This document shows, one piece after another, positions 27,177-32,000 of a stretch of 32,000 bases of DNA (positions within the stretch are counted from its first letter, which is position 1; each line of letters opens with the position of its first letter). Origin of the DNA: Hyperthermus butylicus DSM 5456 (lineage in GTDB: Archaea > Thermoproteota > Thermoprotei_A > Sulfolobales > Pyrodictiaceae); the NCBI RefSeq assembly GCF_000015145.1, contig NC_008818.1, positions 330,001 through 362,000 of the forward strand, read 5' to 3'. A program made the position numbers and the translations under genes. The notes below the pieces were generated by a model. It saw only the letters and a program-made list of their open reading frames with translations, had not been told where the DNA came from and searched no databases.

Positions 27177-27996
27177 CAGTGTGTGTGGATTTAGGCCGCG
27201 CTGGGTGCTGCTGGGGAGGCTCGCTGTCTCCGGCATGCCGTGCCAGGATGATGTCCCAAGGATAGCTTCTGTCTTCCGCACGGTTGTCTCGCTCTCGACC
27301 CCAATAGAGCATAGCAGCGGGCTTGCCTACGACCCCCGAAGCCTCCGGGGCCTCGTCGAGAGGCTCGTATGGCTCCCCGTGGGCGAGTATAACGCGCCGA
27401 GGCTTGGCGAGCTTGTAGAGGCTGTTGAGCGTGCTGTTGAGCCGGTACTTGTCCACTGCTACCGGGGCTGCGGCCGATCATCGGTCTACGCTGCTGCGTG
27501 GCTGGTGGCGCGCACCGGCGCCAGGCTCCCCGAGGCGCTGACCGGGGTTTCCTCGGCTACGGGCTGCAACGTGGAGACACGGCCCCAGCACGCAGTGCTC
27601 AGAGCCTTTGATACCCTCTACCAGCTAAGGGATAGGCCAGAGAGGCTCGGGGCCAGGGAGGAGTATGCATTGCTCCTCTACAGGGAGCTAAGGCCGAGAC
27701 TAAACAGTACTAGCCCCTTCAGCCCCGAGCTCATGGAAGCTGCTGGCCTCCTCGAGGAGAGGACGGGCTACAACATCGCCGATATAGAGGCCCGGCTAGC
27801 CCGGGACAGCATAGAGCTACGGGTCACCTGCTGGGTCGAACGTGGCGCTCACCCTGCTGCCGCAAGGAGCTGGGGCTGCAGACTCTCCGAGAATGATGTC
27901 ACGTCACTAGCTAGAATCCTTGGGAGGCTCGTGGGTGTGGATAAAATCCGCGTTAAGGTCGTTAGCTTGGAGCCGGAGCGTGTACCCTGGCTCTAG
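27169..27996 (+). CDS. CX5R protein tyrosine/dual-specificity phosphatase-like protein
   Basis: VLVHCYRGCGRSSVYAAAWLV carries the CX5R P-loop. Confidence 0.78.
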   Translation: MASSVCGFRPRWVLLGRLAVSGMPCQDDVPRIASVFRTVVSLSTPIEHSSGLAYDPRSLRGLVERLVWLPVGEYNAPRLGELVEAVERAVEPVLVHCYRGCGRSSVYAAAWLVARTGARLPEALTGVSSATGCNVETRPQHAVLRAFDTLYQLRDRPERLGAREEYALLLYRELRPRLNSTSPFSPELMEAAGLLEERTGYNIADIEARLARDSIELRVTCWVERGAHPAAARSWGCRLSENDVTSLARILGRLVGVDKIRVKVVSLEPERVPWL

Positions 27997-30074
27997 ACTC
28001 TACTTGCAACAACTCCAAGCGCTATCCCTAGCGCTAGGAACACCAGAGCTACAAGCACCATGTTCAACGCCGGGACTAGGGGGACGCCTCCACCCGCAAC
28101 CGCCACTCCGGTACCCGTAGCGTTGGCTGTAGTTGTTGCCTCCTGCTGCGTCCCAGCTATAGTGGTTGATGTATTTGCTGTGTTTTCTGCTCCACCTGCT
28201 ACCACTGGCTGGCTAGACTGCACCGTTGCCGGATATGTACAGTTACAGCTACACGTAGCATTGGCTGGCTGTTGCGCGCCCTGCTCTGGCGGTGCCGCTG
28301 GCTTGGCGGCTAGTGTTGATAGTAGTATTGTGTAGCTTGCAGCCTCGACATAGAGCGCTAGTTTGGCCTGCATGTCGGCTAGCGTGCCTGCATATTCGCG
28401 ATACATGAGGGGTATTAGTGGGGTTACACCCTGCCGCCTCAGCACCAGCGCTAGTAGCTGGTTTAGGCTCACCTCGGCAGCTGCCACAGCATTCTCAACG
28501 CTAACGCTGAATGCACTGTGTAGCAGCGCTGCCAGGTCTGCGAGGCTGCGGACTGTCAGCGAGAGGGCATGGAGCATATCAAGCACGGTGTTTGCCTCTT
28601 CCAGCACCGCGTATGCTTGTGATATAGTCTGCATTAGCTCTGACGTGTCTACACCGAGCGTCTCCAGGTACTCCGCGCCAGACCTAGCGAAGTAGAGGTA
28701 GGTGTGTATAGCCTCGGTAAGCTTCTCCACTGTAACTGGGCTCCCATAGCTCCTAGCCTCGCTGATTAGCTTTGCCCACTGGAGGGCTGTGAGGGCACGA
28801 TAGTAGCCGTAGACGCTATAGTATAGCGCCTTTAGCGCGTATACCGGGGCTGTATACCTATCCGCTACAGCTACAGCCCTCACGTACTGCTGCGCACGCT
28901 CCACCGTATCATAGGCATCTTGCAGCCTCGAGTAGGCTGTTATCGCTATCTGGAGTGCAACATCCGTCAGATTACCGTTAACACTTGAAACCACTGTCTG
29001 ATTGGCTTCCCCGAGAAGTGTCAAGCTGGCATTAACAAGCCTCTCTGCATCATTAACAAGTTCTCCAACAAGATTTCTTGACGCCAACGCCTTGCCTGCA
29101 AGGCAGGCATAGGTAGCGCTTATAGCTGCTCTAAACGCTGCCGAGGCCGCGCTATAGTATGAGCCGTTTCCGAGATATTGCCTGCTGAGCGCTAACAGTC
29201 TCGCCGCCTCCCCAGCCACGGCTTCCAGGTCCGATATCAGGCTCGGGGGTAGCCCCGCCAGCCCCCTAGCCAAGCTATTCCAGCACGTGAGGTTGCCCCC
29301 GGCGAGCGCTGCAAAGCGAGCAGCTGTATCGTTAAGACTCTCGGCGAGCCAACCTGGGTAGCTTAGCGACCACACCCAGACAGTATCCTTCGCAAGCTCT
29401 CTATCACCCGTGGCTGCCACGTAGGCGTCGAGTATTGTCAGTGTGGGCTCCACCTTGACGCCAAGTTGCTCACCGAGAGCCCTGACATCAACTAGACCAC
29501 CAGTATTAAGATCATGGGCAAACGCTTGGCTTGCCGGGATAACGAACAGCTTCACACCCTTCTCGGCGACAGCCTCGAGCTTCTGCGGTATACCGCCAAC
29601 CGGCCCAAGCGTGGCATCGGGGTCAACCATACCGGTCATCGAGAAGTTTGAAGGTATACTCTTGCCGCGGAGGGCAGCAAGCACCGCGACAGCCATAGCA
29701 CCACTAGCACTAGGCCCACCAACGATCGGCGACTCAGCCCTCAAGTGTATGAAGTAGTCGTAGGAATGGTAGTCCACGCCGGCAAGCATAGAAGCCACGA
29801 GGACAGCCATGCGGGCGGCAGCTTGTGTGTCAAGCTCGGTCAGCGGATCAGCAGCAAAATACACCGTGCCGTTACCAGGCCATGCAACAGTCACAATAAG
29901 CTCCGACAGAACCCCAACATAGCGACCATCAACCATAGCAACAGCTGGTACAATAACATGAACACTACGCATCCAAACATACCCGCTAGACCCGCCAACT
30001 GCACCAGCAGCGACAGGCAGGGCGAGAGAAGCAGCTAAGAACGCCAGAACCATAGCGGCCAGGTACACTCTCAT
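27993..30074 (-). CDS. Archaeal extracytoplasmic S16 (Lon-domain) serine protease without AAA+ domain
   Basis: Signal peptide MRVYLAAMVLAFLAASLALPVAA; catalytic-type SPIVGGPSASGAMAVAV (Ser) and GGIPQKLEAVAEKGV (Lys); Thr/Asn-rich linker and C-terminal TM VPALNMVLVALVFLALGIALGVVA. The tracked start 30182 adds a non-signal extension. Confidence 0.8.
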   Translation of the reverse strand: MRVYLAAMVLAFLAASLALPVAAGAVGGSSGYVWMRSVHVIVPAVAMVDGRYVGVLSELIVTVAWPGNGTVYFAADPLTELDTQAAARMAVLVASMLAGVDYHSYDYFIHLRAESPIVGGPSASGAMAVAVLAALRGKSIPSNFSMTGMVDPDATLGPVGGIPQKLEAVAEKGVKLFVIPASQAFAHDLNTGGLVDVRALGEQLGVKVEPTLTILDAYVAATGDRELAKDTVWVWSLSYPGWLAESLNDTAARFAALAGGNLTCWNSLARGLAGLPPSLISDLEAVAGEAARLLALSRQYLGNGSYYSAASAAFRAAISATYACLAGKALASRNLVGELVNDAERLVNASLTLLGEANQTVVSSVNGNLTDVALQIAITAYSRLQDAYDTVERAQQYVRAVAVADRYTAPVYALKALYYSVYGYYRALTALQWAKLISEARSYGSPVTVEKLTEAIHTYLYFARSGAEYLETLGVDTSELMQTISQAYAVLEEANTVLDMLHALSLTVRSLADLAALLHSAFSVSVENAVAAAEVSLNQLLALVLRRQGVTPLIPLMYREYAGTLADMQAKLALYVEAASYTILLSTLAAKPAAPPEQGAQQPANATCSCNCTYPATVQSSQPVVAGGAENTANTSTTIAGTQQEATTTANATGTGVAVAGGGVPLVPALNMVLVALVFLALGIALGVVASRV

Positions 30075-30307
30075 ACCACAGACCCCCAAACCGGTACAGA
30101 GAAGAGCTAAGGGGATAAACGCATAGCTCCCCTCAGCCTCCGCCGTATATACGCTCACAGCCCCCGGCCCAAGGGCTCGCACCTAGCGAACGCTCATCAC
30201 CAGCCGGACACCACGAGAAACACATAACCCCATGAACCGTAAAGAATTTACTCCACGCCACATAGAGTGAAGGATTACCGTGGAGCCCACAGCCCGGGAA
30301 AAGGGCT

Positions 30308-30385
30308 GGGCCCGTCGTCTAGCCTGGTTAGGACGCCGCCCTTACACGGCGGAGGTCCGGGGTTCAAATCCCCGCGGGCCCACCA
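30308..30385 (+). tRNA. tRNA-Val (anticodon TAC), intronless, with encoded CCA
   Basis: Acceptor GGGCCCG/CGGGCCC, D stem GTCT/GGAC, anticodon arm CCGCC-CTTACAC-GGCGG, T arm CGGGG-TTCAAAT-CCCCG, discriminator A then CCA (mature body 30308-30382). Confidence 0.97.
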
Positions 30386-30669
30386 TGTACAACATAGTTC
30401 TCCTCCCTTCTCCATTTCGTCGTGCCCTCAGAGTCAAGAGCATTGGTTCATGTATTGCAGCTTTCCTAAATAAAGTGCTGTTGTATACGCTACCACCTCC
30501 AAGCAACGGGAAATAGTGTATCTAGGGCTTAGAGGTCGGCGCTCTGTCTTGGCTGGGCTATGGGCCCATTGTCTCCCAGTGTCTCTTAATACAGCACCTA
30601 TCTGCAGTAATTAGGTTAATAATACTCTCCACTGCCTCTCCTACTGAGTTTAATGCTACAATGTTGCCC

Positions 30670-31065
30670 TCAGCTTCTGCTGATACCGCGGTCAGCTTCA
30701 ATATACACTATACAACCACCCAATGCTCTAACATAGTCTGCAAGTTCTCTAAATCCCTCCACCACGATGACTTGAACTCCATGACTTAGGGCTAAATCTA
30801 GGGCGTATTCAAGCCCTATAGCTCTCCTTACCACAACCATGTACTCTTCAGGTGAGACCGCGATAACGGGTGATGCGCCAGCCTCAAGGTATCTACCGGT
30901 ATCCTTTACGCGATAGTCCACGTGAGGTTGGTGGATATGTTTAATTGCAGCAACGTGATAGCCTTGCTCTGTTAAGTGTCTTGTAAGCGAGGTACCTAAG
31001 AGAGTCTTGCCGTGACCCCGACCTGCTGCAGTAATGAGAACTATGGACTTGCAGGCTGTTCGCAG
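30670..31065 (-). CDS. MobB-like P-loop protein with apparent CTG start and probable 3' frameshift
   Basis: Manual reading: LRTACKSIVLITAAGRGHGKTLLGTSLTRHLTEQGYHVAAIKHIHQPHVDYRVKDTGRYLEAGASPVIAVSPEEYMVVV...GVQVIVVEGFRELADYVRALGG. GGAGGTG at 31080-31074 precedes CTG 31065. The ORF track lists only 30670-30921. Confidence 0.65.
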   Translation of the reverse strand: MRTACKSIVLITAAGRGHGKTLLGTSLTRHLTEQGYHVAAIKHIHQPHVDYRVKDTGRYLEAGASPVIAVSPEEYMVVVRRAIGLEYALDLALSHGVQVIVVEGFRELADYVRALGGCIVYIEADRGISRS

Positions 31066-31166
31066 TCTACTAGCACCTCCAGGAGTATGGGCTGGAGGCT
31101 TGAATAGTTAAAAATACAAGAGCTTGATTTGTGTAGCAGAGTTAAAAAAAATGTGGGGAACAGACT

Positions 31167-32000
31167 CTACCGGAATAATAGCAGCCTTCTAGGCTTCTCG
31201 TAGGGTTCTACAGCTAGTATTTGCAGGCCAAGCACATATAGCAGGAGCCATAGCCCTATTGCGCCTATGACTGAGGCCAGCTCTGCTCTGCTCGTTAGTA
31301 GCTCGTGCAGTGCTTCTTCTGCATAGTTCTCGCCTATAGAATGTAGTGCTAGTGCGTGGTAGTCTTCTAGTGCTTCAAGCCTTACTACCTGGCCAGCAGC
31401 GACAACACTATGTAGTAGCGTGAAGCCGCCCAGCACAGCTAGTACTGAGGCTAACAGTAGTGCTGCACCAGCCTTTCTCCACGTAGCTATGAGACCTAGT
31501 GATATAGGTACTATAACAGCTAGCAGTATTGAGAGCCAGAAGAGCCCCGCCAACTCACCGGACGTCAGTATTTCTGCCGTCTTTTCTGCGAGCCCCCATC
31601 CTGTCTGCTGTAGTAGCATCCACCCAGTAATGAATCCTACAGCGAGCGCCATACCTGCAAGCTCCTTAGACACTGATGGTATATTGTGACGCCACTCTTC
31701 AAGAGAGAGCTTCGAGGCAGCCCTCGCAACTACTCCCAAGCCTATTGCTATCCATGCAGCACCAAGCATGAATGCTAGCGCTATATTGAACACGCCCAGT
31801 GGAGCGGCGAACCAGCCTGGTATAGCGACGTTGTAGCCGAATGCTAGCGCAAGGTTGTACTCTAGCGCTAGGCTTGCTAGCAGCCCTCCCACTAGCAGCG
31901 CCTTGCCAAGCCCTGTGTAGAGGCTGTCTTCTCCCTTGTTAAACACGTAGACCATTGTCGCTAGTAGGAATGCCGCGTACACTATGTATAGTATGCCGTT
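31167..32000 (-). CDS. Polytopic membrane protein, possibly NrfD/PsrC-like, N-terminus beyond window
   Basis: The tracked ORF starts at 31982 but the frame stays open to 32000 (NGILYIVYAAFLLATMVYVF...); about 7 hydrophobic segments. Family guess is weak. Confidence 0.6.
   Translation of the reverse strand, partial: NGILYIVYAAFLLATMVYVFNKGEDSLYTGLGKALLVGGLLASLALEYNLALAFGYNVAIPGWFAAPLGVFNIALAFMLGAAWIAIGLGVVARAASKLSLEEWRHNIPSVSKELAGMALAVGFITGWMLLQQTGWGLAEKTAEILTSGELAGLFWLSILLAVIVPISLGLIATWRKAGAALLLASVLAVLGGFTLLHSVVAAGQVVRLEALEDYHALALHSIGENYAEEALHELLTSRAELASVIGAIGLWLLLYVLGLQILAVEPYEKPRRLLLFR

Noticed and set aside
30267-30516. Short ORFs 30267-30473 and 30280-30516
   Set aside because: They overlap the tRNA-Val gene and translate tRNA sequence (AWLGRRPYTAEVRGSNPRGP).
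1-32000. CRISPR array, transposase, integrase or att-site repeats
   Set aside because: No regularly spaced repeats, transposase-like proteins or terminal inverted repeats were seen by eye. The tRNA-Val at 30308 has no integrase beside it, though a full repeat search was not possible.

Overview
This 32 kb window looks like chromosomal DNA from a hyperthermophilic crenarchaeote (Pyrodictiaceae/Desulfurococcales-like; an inference from gene content and archaeal families, not tested). It is gene-dense and mostly housekeeping. Recognisable genes: archaeal phosphopantothenate synthetase, a nitrilase-fold protein with lost catalytic residues, a SAM methyltransferase, HerA-type ATPase, HemN/HemW-like radical SAM protein, DUF364-like protein, two MscS channels (one behind a DUF432-like gene), tungsten-type aldehyde:ferredoxin oxidoreductase, a PPP-family and a CX5R phosphatase, a DHH phosphoesterase, a Zn/Mn-type ABC transporter with a NikR-like regulator, an extracytoplasmic Lon-domain (S16) protease, tRNA-Val(TAC), a MobB-like P-loop protein and a partial membrane protein. 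No CRISPR array, rRNA or transposase was seen. Best candidate for an undescribed system: the co-directional cluster 18835-23965 (large P-loop ATPase, helical proteins with a possible internal frameshift, a small protein, and a protein ending in a Trbp111/EMAPII-like tRNA-binding domain). Other notable signals: (1) four of six convergent gene pairs overlap by exactly a shared CTAG; (2) a divergent metal-ABC promoter with a palindromic TATA element between two identical TGTGCACAGTT sites 33 bp apart; (3) a MobB-like gene with no ATG/GTG/TTG start but a Shine-Dalgarno-positioned CTG, plus a 3' frame change; (4) a nitrilase-family protein lacking the catalytic Cys and the first Glu; (5) a roughly 120-nt GC-rich structured element upstream of the AOR gene.
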